DNA of 64,000 bases from an uncultured Planctomycetaceae bacterium (GTDB lineage Bacteria > Planctomycetota > Planctomycetia > Planctomycetales > Planctomycetaceae), in NCBI GenBank assembly GCA_963976765.1, contig CAXBME010000020.1, forward strand, positions 1 to 64,000. The letters run 5' to 3'. Positions 21,231 through 30,359 of the stretch are shown piece after piece. Position 1 is the first letter of the stretch. Each line of letters starts with the position of its first letter. Under the pieces are notes generated by a model that saw only the letters and a list, made by a program, of their open reading frames with translations, searched no databases and had not been told where the DNA came from. A program made the translations under genes and the position numbers.

Positions 21231-22583
21231 ATGTCGAACGGTGATCCCTGGGCGGACGACGATGCTGGCAACGAAGAAGGTACGCCGACCGGTGTGTCGG
21301 GAAGTGCGGCTCCGATGGGCACGACTCAGAACGTGAAGTCAGTCTCAGAACTCACGCACGACGTCAAGGAGCTGATCGAAGGCAACCTGCGAACTCAGTG
21401 GGTCGCCGGAGAAGTTTCCAATTGCCGCCCGGCACGCTCCGGACACGTCTACTTCACGCTGAAAGACGACGAAGCTCAGATCGCGGCAGTAATCTGGCGG
21501 ACGACGGCCGCACGACTCGGCTTCGAACTTCGAGACGGCATGGAGATCGTCGCCGTCGGCCGAGTCGAAGTTTACGCCGCGCGAGGCAGCTATCAGCTCA
21601 TCATTCAGAAAGCGTTCCCCCAGGGCATGGGATCGCTTGAGCTGGCCTTGCGGCAGCTCAAGGAGAAGCTGGAAGCTGCCGGGCTGTTCGATCCGGCTCG
21701 TAAACGGCGGATTCCGCCCATCCCCAAACGCATCGCTCTCGTGACAAGTCCGACCAGCGCTGCCGTGAAAGACATGATCCAGGTGATCACTCGCCGCTGG
21801 CCGAGTGCGGACATTGTTGTCGTGCCGGTGGCTGTTCAAGGGCCGAACGCCGCGCCGGAAATTGCAGCAGCGTTGAGCATTGTTCATCTGATTCCGGACG
21901 TCGATGTTGTCATCACTGGTCGAGGTGGTGGAAGTCTGGAAGACCTTTGGGCGTTCAACGAAGAGATCGTCGCGCGAGCCATCGCGAACTGCCACGTCCC
22001 GGTCATCAGCGCTGTCGGGCACGAGATCGACGTTACCATTGCCGACCTTGTTGCAGACCGGCGCGCGTTGACCCCCAGCGAAGCCGGCGAACTGGTTGTG
22101 CCGCATCGGGCGGAACTGGCTGCCGGATTAGGCGAACTTCGAGAGCGGTTGCAGAACTCACTGACTCAACGAGCGGTCAACGCTCGGCTGCAACTCGACT
22201 CGCTGGCGTCGCGACGAGTGTTCAAGAACCCGCTGCAGCGAGTCCGGCAGCTTGGCGAAGGCGTTGACGATCTAAGCGACCGGCTCAATGCGGCGGTGCG
22301 TCGACGAGTCGAACGCTCGAAACAGGAAGCGGGGCAGTTGTCAGCCACGTTGAATTCGCTCAGCCCGTTGGGGGTTCTCTCGCGAGGCTACTCGATGACT
22401 TTCAGTTGTTCCCGCGAAGAGGAATCGAACGACGATCCATCGAGAGTTAAACGGGAGTCGCTGGTTCGAAATTCAGAGGATGTACAGGCTGGCGATTTGC
22501 TGCTGACTTACTTTGAGCAGGGGCAGGTTGTCAGTCGGGTTGAGAACGTTGCCCTGGAAGAATCAGGAGTGAGGCCGAAATAG
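21231..22583 (+). CDS. xseA: Exodeoxyribonuclease VII large subunit
   Basis: Motifs WVAGEVSN, SGHVYFTLKD, RGGGSLEDLWAFNEE, SAVGHEID and TPSEA. Confidence 0.97.
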   Translation: MSNGDPWADDDAGNEEGTPTGVSGSAAPMGTTQNVKSVSELTHDVKELIEGNLRTQWVAGEVSNCRPARSGHVYFTLKDDEAQIAAVIWRTTAARLGFELRDGMEIVAVGRVEVYAARGSYQLIIQKAFPQGMGSLELALRQLKEKLEAAGLFDPARKRRIPPIPKRIALVTSPTSAAVKDMIQVITRRWPSADIVVVPVAVQGPNAAPEIAAALSIVHLIPDVDVVITGRGGGSLEDLWAFNEEIVARAIANCHVPVISAVGHEIDVTIADLVADRRALTPSEAGELVVPHRAELAAGLGELRERLQNSLTQRAVNARLQLDSLASRRVFKNPLQRVRQLGEGVDDLSDRLNAAVRRRVERSKQEAGQLSATLNSLSPLGVLSRGYSMTFSCSREEESNDDPSRVKRESLVRNSEDVQAGDLLLTYFEQGQVVSRVENVALEESGVRPK

Positions 22584-22706
22584 CTTCCCGATTTGCGATC
22601 AATTCATGTAGTCACGTAGCCACCCAGTCTGCTTTCTTATTACCTTTCCCGCGCGGAGCGTTGGAACGCGTTTGCATTCACAAACTTTTCGAAAAGGAAA
22701 TTACAC

Positions 22707-23051
22707 ATGCCGAAGATTGACTGGAGTTATCACCGCCCTGGCTGAACATCCTGCAAAAAAACGCAGGAGTTTCTTGCGCAAAACAGTGTCGACACGGTCG
22801 AGGAAATCAATGCTCGGAAAGTCGGTTACGAACGCGACGACGCGCTCAAGCTGCTCGAAGGGATGAAGGAACTTTACGTGGCGCGAGGAAAGAAGCTCGT
22901 CCACTTTGATCTGAAAAAGGCGTACGACGAGGACGAAATTGCCGGTCTGATTCTGGGCCGCTCAGGAACGTTGCGAGCACCTGTTCTGAGAGTCGGCAAA
23001 AAGCTGATCGTCGGCTTCAACGAGGAAGCGCTCGGACAGGTGTTGAAGTAG
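22707..23051 (+). CDS. ArsC/glutaredoxin-like selenoprotein (UGA at 22743-22745 read as Sec; UxxC motif), 114 aa
   Basis: An RBS (AAGGA) precedes ATG 22707. Reads MPKIDWSYHRPG-U-TSC-KKTQEFL... in frame with ORF 22863-23051, which carries the ArsC/Spx motif LRAPVLRVGKKLIVGFNEE. A hairpin lies immediately 3' of the UGA. Confidence 0.85.
22746..22778 (+). promoter_or_regulatory. Candidate bacterial SECIS element
   Basis: TCCTGC(22749-54) pairs with GCAGGA(22763-68). Alternatively GCAAAAAAAC pairs imperfectly with GTTTCTTGC, giving a G-first loop 18 nt after the UGA. Confidence 0.6.
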
Positions 23052-23065
23052 CGGCTGGTTCAAAC

Positions 23066-24112
23066 CTACTTTGGCTCGGGCTGCTTTTGCGTGGTCTTTG
23101 GGGCTTCTTCCGAGGGACCACGAGCGTGCTTCCCGATATGGGCCAGCACGAACGGCAAGTAGATAATGCCGGTGTAATGGTTGGCTGTCATGCGGATGTG
23201 ATGTGCCTTCGTCAGTTTTGCGGCACTGGCCAGAGCGAGGGCATTCTTCATCGGGACAACTGTGTCGAGCGTCCCCGAGTAAAGCCATGTTCGGTCTGGC
23301 CTGAGTCGATGTGCGACACGGGTTGGCTCAACAGTTAATGTCAGTTGGCGAAGTTCTTCTCCGACGAGGCCGGCCTTATCCAGACGTTCGCGGACTTTGG
23401 CGGCATCTTTCTTTCCGTTCTGAATCAGGTCGTAAAGTTCTCCACCGGCGAGCATCAGAAAGACGTTTTCGTAGCCATCATCCAGTGCGCCGGCTGTTGC
23501 CGAGACGAAGCCTCCCAGACTGGTCCCTTGCAATGAAATCTGCGAACTATCGACCAGCGGCAGGACAGCGACGGCGTCTCTGGCCCGTCGAACATCGGCG
23601 ACAGCCTGCTTCATCATCGAGACCAGATTGCCGCCATCTGGTCGGTTCGTGCCAGTTCGTCGTTCACCATAAAACGGCAGTTGAATCATGAAGGCGTGTA
23701 GGCCTTGAAGTTGTAGTCCTTTAGCAAAAATTCGCCCGACCGTCATCCCGCTGCCGGATTCATGAACCACTATCACGGCTGGAGCGGTGACAAGGTTTTT
23801 GTAGGCGTCGCGTGCCTGGTACCACTCGACGGCGACTCGATCGTTGCGGGCATCACCACTTTCAATGGGCGAAGGAAACCGGACCAGCCAGTCACCGCGA
23901 TCTTCAGCCGCCGCTTCGATCTCGACGGAAAACGTGGCCGGCTTCCAGCAGAGGTTTTCAACGCATTGCCTGGCGTCTTCAGACTGGTCAACTGCCGGAG
24001 CGAGCGTATCGTTAGCTTCGAACTTCGCGCCAATCGAAACGGGCCGTTCGGCGACCGCAGTCGTGGCGGCGAGACCGAAGATGATTGCGGCACTGCTTAG
24101 TCGTCTCAGCAT
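23066..24112 (-). CDS. Secreted alpha/beta hydrolase
   Basis: Signal peptide; nucleophile elbow GTSLG; DTVVP; ANH. Confidence 0.8.
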   Translation of the reverse strand: MLRRLSSAAIIFGLAATTAVAERPVSIGAKFEANDTLAPAVDQSEDARQCVENLCWKPATFSVEIEAAAEDRGDWLVRFPSPIESGDARNDRVAVEWYQARDAYKNLVTAPAVIVVHESGSGMTVGRIFAKGLQLQGLHAFMIQLPFYGERRTGTNRPDGGNLVSMMKQAVADVRRARDAVAVLPLVDSSQISLQGTSLGGFVSATAGALDDGYENVFLMLAGGELYDLIQNGKKDAAKVRERLDKAGLVGEELRQLTLTVEPTRVAHRLRPDRTWLYSGTLDTVVPMKNALALASAAKLTKAHHIRMTANHYTGIIYLPFVLAHIGKHARGPSEEAPKTTQKQPEPK

Positions 24113-24152
24113 CTCTGACCTCTCGCCTGTTTCGATACGCCGGGGCTTAGTT

Positions 24153-25988
24153 TCATTCTGCTGACTCGCGTGCTGCAGCTTGCGTTTCGTCGAAGGATGT
24201 CAGCAGTTCTCGCAGGTTGAGTTTCACGTAGGGACGTTCGGCGGCGGGGTGTTTGTGGTCGGCGTTGGCCACGTACAGAATTCCGTCGGCGGGAACAAAG
24301 AGCACGTTGTGCAGGTTCGACTTCATGGCGACCGGGCGGCTCATCAACCACTTGCCGACATCGGCGTCGATCTGGCCGTGTTTTTGAGTGACGCGTTCCC
24401 TGAGTTTTTCCAGACGGCTTCCGGCTGACAGCACGACGGCGTCTTCGATGCCTTTTCCAAGTCGCTCGTGCGTTTGCCCAGGCTGGACGAACTCGATGGA
24501 CTCAGGCAGTGCCGAAACACCAACTGCCCGGTTTGTTTTTCCGTCGGCAAAGACGTAGTAGTACTCGCACGTTCGCGGATTGTTTTTCCAAAGGTCCATG
24601 ACTTCGTCGAGCGTCGAACATTCTTCCAGCGCGCGACGCATCAGCGTGGCCATCGGAACGCCGTCCCACTGACCCTCGCCGCGACCGCCCATTTCGCCAA
24701 GTGAGATCGCCTTCGCGTTCATGCCGCTGACGCTGCCGATGAAACCCGCGTATCCGACATTCGCAAAGGGGATTTGGCCATCCACGTTTACGATGAATGT
24801 GGTCGCCGAGTCCTGCAGTCCGATCGTGGTCATGTAGTCGAGAACTCGCCCGTGGTAGAGCTTGCCGTCGACTGTCGCCTTTCCGAAGACCGCGAAGCCC
24901 GAACAGTGGAAAAGTTCCGGGAAAACGTTGAGAGCTTCAACCAGCTCGGGATCGAGGTCGAGGGCCGCGGCCATCGCTCGCGTCTCGCGTTTATGGCGTT
25001 CGGGGATGTGCGGTGCGAGGCGTTTGTACGCGGCGTCCAGATCGCTGCGAAACCATCGTCCCGTTCGAATTGTTTGAGCCGTCCCAAAGGTATAAAGCAC
25101 GGAATCAATGCAGCGTCCGGCTTCAGCTTTCAGCAGCTCGCCATGAGCTTTGCCGACCTGCTCCGGAGTTCCTTTCAGCAAAGCCACTCGCTGACCATCG
25201 ATCCATCGCAACTCGCCGTTCGAAACTTTGCCACCTGACTGCGGCGGATTCCTGAGCAACGGCGAAGGAGCCAGGATCTCGAACGCTCGCCGGACTCCGC
25301 GGACAAGTTGCCGTTCGATTTCGACTCGGGGCAGAAGAACCGTCTTCAGTTCGGGCCATGATTCAGCAGCGAGAGCCTCCGGAACGGACGAGTTCACCGC
25401 AAGGTCGATGGCAGCATCGCCAGCCTGGATGTTGATCTTTCCAGCCGATGTGAATGCGAAGTTGATGTCACCTTTCGACCAGCGCTCGGATTCAGAGTTG
25501 AACTTCACGCTGCCCAGCGTCGTCAGCGCAACGGAAACGGCATTGGCATCGGCCTGTAGAACGAGGGGGGCGAACGCACCCACCTGGCTGCCCGAACTGA
25601 ACAGTCGGGCTGTGATCTCAAGCGGCTGCAGCGAGTTGGCAGGATCCGTCGTGCCGTGGCCGATGAAAACGACCTTGTGGAGCGGCAACGCGAACGCGGT
25701 GGTTTCGGCTCGACGACGGATTGACACCGCATATTCACGATGCGTCAGCGACAGGTCAAAGGCGTCGTCGCTGAATCGAACGAGCTGGATGTTGACAGTC
25801 TGTTCTTTTCCGTCGATCGGAAGCGCGACGTGACCCGTCAACGAGAACTGCGACTCGCCGCCGCTCAAAGCCTGCAGGAACGGTCGCAGGCCTTCAGCCA
25901 GTGGATCGTTCGCCGGGACTCCCGCGCCGAGCAAAGGCGAGACCGGCAACAACACCAGCACGATGCAGAACAGGCGGTGAACACTCAT
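24153..25988 (-). CDS. C45-family autoproteolytic acyltransferase/peptidase (Ntn hydrolase) with a long N-terminal region
   Basis: Signal peptide; GKAHGELL; H-CSGF nucleophile site; HGRVLDY; SGMN. Confidence 0.8.
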   Translation of the reverse strand: MSVHRLFCIVLVLLPVSPLLGAGVPANDPLAEGLRPFLQALSGGESQFSLTGHVALPIDGKEQTVNIQLVRFSDDAFDLSLTHREYAVSIRRRAETTAFALPLHKVVFIGHGTTDPANSLQPLEITARLFSSGSQVGAFAPLVLQADANAVSVALTTLGSVKFNSESERWSKGDINFAFTSAGKINIQAGDAAIDLAVNSSVPEALAAESWPELKTVLLPRVEIERQLVRGVRRAFEILAPSPLLRNPPQSGGKVSNGELRWIDGQRVALLKGTPEQVGKAHGELLKAEAGRCIDSVLYTFGTAQTIRTGRWFRSDLDAAYKRLAPHIPERHKRETRAMAAALDLDPELVEALNVFPELFHCSGFAVFGKATVDGKLYHGRVLDYMTTIGLQDSATTFIVNVDGQIPFANVGYAGFIGSVSGMNAKAISLGEMGGRGEGQWDGVPMATLMRRALEECSTLDEVMDLWKNNPRTCEYYYVFADGKTNRAVGVSALPESIEFVQPGQTHERLGKGIEDAVVLSAGSRLEKLRERVTQKHGQIDADVGKWLMSRPVAMKSNLHNVLFVPADGILYVANADHKHPAAERPYVKLNLRELLTSFDETQAAARESAE

Positions 25989-26027
25989 CGTTCAATACTC
26001 CACGCGATCTATCAAAGAAAAAGATTG

Positions 26028-26110
26028 ACCACGGAATGCACGGAAGACACGGAACGACCAACTTTGTTTTTGCGTCTTCCGGGTATTCAGTCGTTTTTAG
26101 TTTTTTGGTT
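26028..26110. repeat. Short tandem unit (CACGGAA x3) with a degenerate inverted pyrimidine-rich partner
   Basis: accacggaatgcacggaagacacggaa ... ttccgggtattcagtcgtttttagttttttggtt. Confidence 0.5.
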
Positions 26111-26285
26111 GCTGGATAGCTGCCAGAGGCGCAGCACGACCGGTAAAGCATGACGACGCGAAACGAAAATCGCCACACGAACGAAGAGAGCCCGGTCTGG
26201 AGATCAGATCGGGCTCTGCGTGATTGTTCGTTCGGTCGCTGACGTTCAGACGCTCGGAACGGCATGAGAGCCAGGCAGAATCAAC

Positions 26286-26363
26286 GTGTGCCACTGGCTT
26301 CGCCAGTGCTGAATGATCTTCCGAACGTACTTCGAGAAGGTACTGGCAATGCCAGTGGCACAC
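26286..26363. repeat. REPIN-like inverted pair of palindromes
   Basis: gtgtgccactggcttcgccagtgc (26286-26309) and gtactggcaatgccagtggcacac (26340-26363) are near reverse complements, and each forms a hairpin. Confidence 0.7.
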
Positions 26364-26422
26364 CTCTTGATCGGAATTGGTCAGGCCGTCACCAGGCAAT
26401 GACCGGACGGCGTGACCCGGGA

Positions 26423-27499
26423 TCAGGCGGCGCGTCCAGCAGGGCGGGACGTGGCTTCCAGTTCGGCGCTGATCAACAGGCCGCGGGCAATGCTGTGGTC
26501 AGTTCGGGTAATCAGTCGAGGGCGAGATGTCTCGACGGGCAGGCTCACTTCCTGCAGAACGCTGGCCAGAATCGAGCCGAAACCGGGCGTCTGGATCAGT
26601 CCGCCGCCGCAGACAATCGGCAGGGGACTCGGTAGTTCCTTCGCTCGGCGACTGCGGATCAGTTCGCCGGAAAGTGCGTCACAGAGTTCAAAAATCGTTT
26701 CCTGTATCAGCGTTTCGACATGTTTTGTGAAGGCGTCGCCAGAGATCGAGGCGGTGCTGGTCAGCTTTTCTCGCCGACGAGTGATCGACAGCAGCGATTC
26801 GCGAACGAATGATTGGTCGGCTACCGGAGTGTCGGCTGGGGAATCGTCGGAGACGACCGACGGAGCATTAAGTTTTTTAGCCAGCTGACGGTCGATCCAT
26901 TCTCCGCCGTGATCGCTGGCGGCGTGGCAGATCGGGTTGCCTCGATGCGCGAGGATAGCTTCGCAGCCGGACGCTCCAAAGACGATGCCGATCCCCGTGA
27001 ACGCGCTGTCGACCAGCTCCGCCAGGATCAACGCCTGACTGGCCGGAACGAGCTTGGGTTCGTAGCCTTGAAGCTTGACGAGACGGACGTAGAACTCCAG
27101 GTCTGCTCGCGCTTCGCTGGATGAATCAAGAGCTGCTCCTCCCGGCAGAGTCAGTGCGCAGATTTCGTGGCGGCTACCGGCGATCGGCAGAATAACTTCG
27201 ACGAGTGAGCTGATGAGCTGTCGGACGAGCGGGTTCCCCTTCGGGATTCGACCACCGACCATTAGCGGCAGGCACGGCGACTTGAAGAGTTCAGCGTTGT
27301 CGAACGCGCCGTCGCCCAGCAGCAGGATGCCGTCTTCGCATGTTGTAAATTGAAGGCCGCATTGTTCGAGCAGACGCTGGTGCGCGGGCGAGTCCGGCAG
27401 CACGGCGTAAACGCAGCGGCTGGTTCGAGACTTCAGGACGTCGTCTTCACGTCGCAAGGATCGGATAGACGATGAGCCAAGTTCAAGCGCGGCGGTCAT
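26423..27499 (-). CDS. Actin-fold protein, volactin-like
   Basis: Phosphate-1 ALELGSS; ELVDSAFTGIGIVFGASG; GGEWID; adenosine motif IVCGGG..TPGF; C-terminal SIARGLL. The order and sequence match the haloarchaeal volactin family as I recall it. Confidence 0.8.
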   Translation of the reverse strand: MTAALELGSSSIRSLRREDDVLKSRTSRCVYAVLPDSPAHQRLLEQCGLQFTTCEDGILLLGDGAFDNAELFKSPCLPLMVGGRIPKGNPLVRQLISSLVEVILPIAGSRHEICALTLPGGAALDSSSEARADLEFYVRLVKLQGYEPKLVPASQALILAELVDSAFTGIGIVFGASGCEAILAHRGNPICHAASDHGGEWIDRQLAKKLNAPSVVSDDSPADTPVADQSFVRESLLSITRRREKLTSTASISGDAFTKHVETLIQETIFELCDALSGELIRSRRAKELPSPLPIVCGGGLIQTPGFGSILASVLQEVSLPVETSRPRLITRTDHSIARGLLISAELEATSRPAGRAA

Positions 27500-29973
27500 G
27501 AGTTGCCTCGTTCATCTGACGGACGCTCGTCGTGGTTGTGAGTGACAGCTTTCGAACGGGCTGCATTCTGTCCCTGATCGACCGATGACAGGATTCGGTC
27601 CAGCAGATTGGCCCCCTGCACAACGACAGGCGATGGTTGTACGGATACTGGTTTGCGAGTCGTCGTTGCTGAACGACCGGCTGCCGTGTGAGCGATTGTC
27701 TCCGCTGCCTGATGGCCAGTGTCCAGCCGGAACTGCCGAGCCGGATTAACTGCGGCCGGTTTCGCTGGAGCTTCGGGAGCCGGTGGTGCTTCCGTTTTCG
27801 AAGCAGCGTCCGAGCCTTGTCCGGTGTCACCAAAAACGGCGGTCGCCGCAAAATCAAAGATACCGGGTTCTGGCCGCGATCGTTCAGGGATCGTACCAGC
27901 AGTGTGGGGTGCCGGTACTGCCGCTGCCGCCTGTTGTCGGGTCGGGCCGCCCTTGTGGATTCTGACAATTCGCTTCTGCCCGGCATCTGAAATCTCCGGA
28001 GATGGAGCGTCAGGCATGGCGGGGTTCTCTTTCAGCACCCCTGACTTGCCGCCGGGCGTTGAAAAGTGTGGACGAGGTACGGGCCGGTGAGCGGCGTCGA
28101 TTCGTTGAATCGGAGCCGGTTTGCCAAACAGCTGTGTTTTGTGTGGGTAGTTGACGGCTTCCTCTTCAATCGGGATGTCGTTTTCGATCATCCGATCCAG
28201 CCAGTAACGACCGGAAGTGTCAATCTGTGTGACACGAGGCGCCGGGTTTTCGTGAGCGATCGAGTAGATCAGGAAGCACGCGGCGACGGCTCCCAGAAAA
28301 CCGACCGTCAGGATTGAAATCACCGGCCAGTTCAGGTGACGCGGAGGCGGAGGCAGCAGCCTGCTCCCGTCGGATGAAGCGACGGTGGGAATACTCTCAG
28401 GTTGTGGTGTTGTCACCTCTGTCCGAACAGGAGAAGCGGTCGACGGCTGAATTGGAACCAATGGGCTGGTCGGCGAAACCGGAGTCGGGCCGCCAGCAGA
28501 AGATGCCGGAGGTGATGGTGGCGGAGTATCGCGGCCTTGATCAGAGCTACGATCAGTGCTGCTTTGATTCGAACTGATGCCCGCAGCGGTGGCAGCGAGA
28601 GTTGCTCCCTGCATGGCCAGAGAGAAACTGCCTCCACTTCGAGAATTGTCGAGTGTGGTCGGCGGCGATGCTTCGGCCGGCGGTTCAGACTGGGATGCAG
28701 AGTCGTCGACTGCGTTCCGCGAGGAACCGAACGGCTGCAGTGGTTCGGGAGTCGCAGGCTCTGAGGCGTAAGGACGCGGCGCTTCTGGTGAAAAGTCTGC
28801 CAGATTGGGGCGAGGCTGATTGGCCGGCTGCGCGAGTGCCGACTCTGTGACCGATGACGAAGCGTAACCCGGTAATGGCTGCTCGTTCTGGCGGGATGCG
28901 TCGCTGACAACAGCAGAGCCGACTGCAGCAGAAGCGGCAGGTCTGTCCTGAAAGACGTTTGCCGATCGGGCTGCGGACGCGGAGGCAGGACTTTCGGTCG
29001 TTGGACGCTGGGATACAAACGCTCGGCCTGACAGCTCTGGAGCCGGTTCGTCAAGGGGGACGGACGACGGGTCGGTCAATAACTGCTTGACGAAAATCTG
29101 CTCGTCCGGAGTCAGGTCGACTTCCTCTGTCTGGCCTGCCTGGTTGGCACGATCCGGGTTGGCATCAATTGTGGGGACGCGGGCTCGACCGGGAGCGGCT
29201 CCGTACCGATTGCCTGGCCCGGTTGCTGGTTGTTGAACAATCGGCACTGTCGGACGAATCGGCTGTGGGGCCGCCACGGGTTGTCGACCGGCTTTGACGG
29301 GGACAGGAAGATCGTCAGGCAGCCGCGACGAATCGACCATGGCTGGATCGAAGGCCAGAATCGTTCCCGTCGACAATCGCGAATCCGGTAGAACTTGAAC
29401 TGGCTGCCGCTGAGTGATGGCTTTGACGGAGTTTACGACTCGTTCGTCGAGCCCCAGATGACGAGTGACCCAACGAATCGTGGATTTCCCGGCAGGGATC
29501 GTGATCACAACCGGATAATCGCGAATTCCCGTGATGGCCAGGGTGACATCCGCGTCTGATTCGTCGGAAGTATTCTGGTTCCCGCGAAGGATGATCCGCC
29601 CCTGGTTGATCTTGCCGTCGACCACCAGAATGTCGCCGGACACCAGCCGCTCGGTCGACTCTCCGTCGCCATAAAAGACGGATTGAGCCATTCGCCCGTT
29701 GCGGATGATTCGGATGGAGCCGGCGGCTGTCCGATTCAGATTGCCTGCAAACTCGACGAACGACACCAGTGACGGTGATGAGGTTGGTAACTCATAGCAG
29801 TTGGGGTGGCCGATGTGCCCGATAATCGTGAAATAGTGAGGTCCGTTCGCCGACCGTGTGATGCCGGGGTGCTGCTGCAAACCATTGAACACCTGACCGA
29901 ATACGACGTCCCCTTGCAGACAGATGACTGCAAGAATAACCAGATTCAACCAGGTTGGTCGCACAGCTGACAT
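27496..29973 (-). CDS. Large bitopic membrane protein: signal peptide, SLBB-like domain, Pro/Ser/Ala-rich linker, TM helix, disordered C-terminal tail
   Basis: RBS plus ATG 29973; FTIIGHIGHPNCYEL...FAGNL (SLBB-like); TM WPVISILTVGFLGAVAACFLIYSIA; ATGA overlap with the actin-like gene. Confidence 0.75.
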   Translation of the reverse strand: MSAVRPTWLNLVILAVICLQGDVVFGQVFNGLQQHPGITRSANGPHYFTIIGHIGHPNCYELPTSSPSLVSFVEFAGNLNRTAAGSIRIIRNGRMAQSVFYGDGESTERLVSGDILVVDGKINQGRIILRGNQNTSDESDADVTLAITGIRDYPVVITIPAGKSTIRWVTRHLGLDERVVNSVKAITQRQPVQVLPDSRLSTGTILAFDPAMVDSSRLPDDLPVPVKAGRQPVAAPQPIRPTVPIVQQPATGPGNRYGAAPGRARVPTIDANPDRANQAGQTEEVDLTPDEQIFVKQLLTDPSSVPLDEPAPELSGRAFVSQRPTTESPASASAARSANVFQDRPAASAAVGSAVVSDASRQNEQPLPGYASSSVTESALAQPANQPRPNLADFSPEAPRPYASEPATPEPLQPFGSSRNAVDDSASQSEPPAEASPPTTLDNSRSGGSFSLAMQGATLAATAAGISSNQSSTDRSSDQGRDTPPPSPPASSAGGPTPVSPTSPLVPIQPSTASPVRTEVTTPQPESIPTVASSDGSRLLPPPPRHLNWPVISILTVGFLGAVAACFLIYSIAHENPAPRVTQIDTSGRYWLDRMIENDIPIEEEAVNYPHKTQLFGKPAPIQRIDAAHRPVPRPHFSTPGGKSGVLKENPAMPDAPSPEISDAGQKRIVRIHKGGPTRQQAAAAVPAPHTAGTIPERSRPEPGIFDFAATAVFGDTGQGSDAASKTEAPPAPEAPAKPAAVNPARQFRLDTGHQAAETIAHTAAGRSATTTRKPVSVQPSPVVVQGANLLDRILSSVDQGQNAARSKAVTHNHDERPSDERGNS

Positions 29974-30359
29974 TCGTGACCGTCCTCTTGGCGAGGCAAT
30001 CCTGAGAGGGGAACAGACTTCCGAGCTGGTGGTGGACACCAGAACGGACTGCGCGAGGCGTGAATACGCCCGCACAATCAGCAGCATCGTCAAACTTTGA
30101 CACCAGACCTGAGCGAATCTGTCGAGGGGGCGGCCAGAATTCACAAAACCACCACTACCACGGTCAGATTCAGTCAGCAGCTCATGTAGAACGTAAAGGC
30201 TGCCAGGTCCGCAGGTTTCGTCACGACCAGCCACCAGATTACGGCCAAATGTCGAATCCGGTATTCGGGAGTGGAAGCCTGAATGCGATACGGGCAGAAT
30301 GCCGCTCGTGGTGAACGGTGCCCGTCGCTGATCCGGATAACTTCTCGGATGAACCTTGA

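Noticed and set aside
22755..22761. A7 slippery site as a programmed frameshift in the ArsC-like gene
   Set aside because: The upstream ATG and the downstream domain are already in the same frame; only UGA readthrough is needed.
29974..30234. 87-aa N-terminal extension of the bitopic protein given by the ORF track
   Set aside because: The RBS and signal peptide start at ATG 29973; the extension falls in the divergent promoter region.
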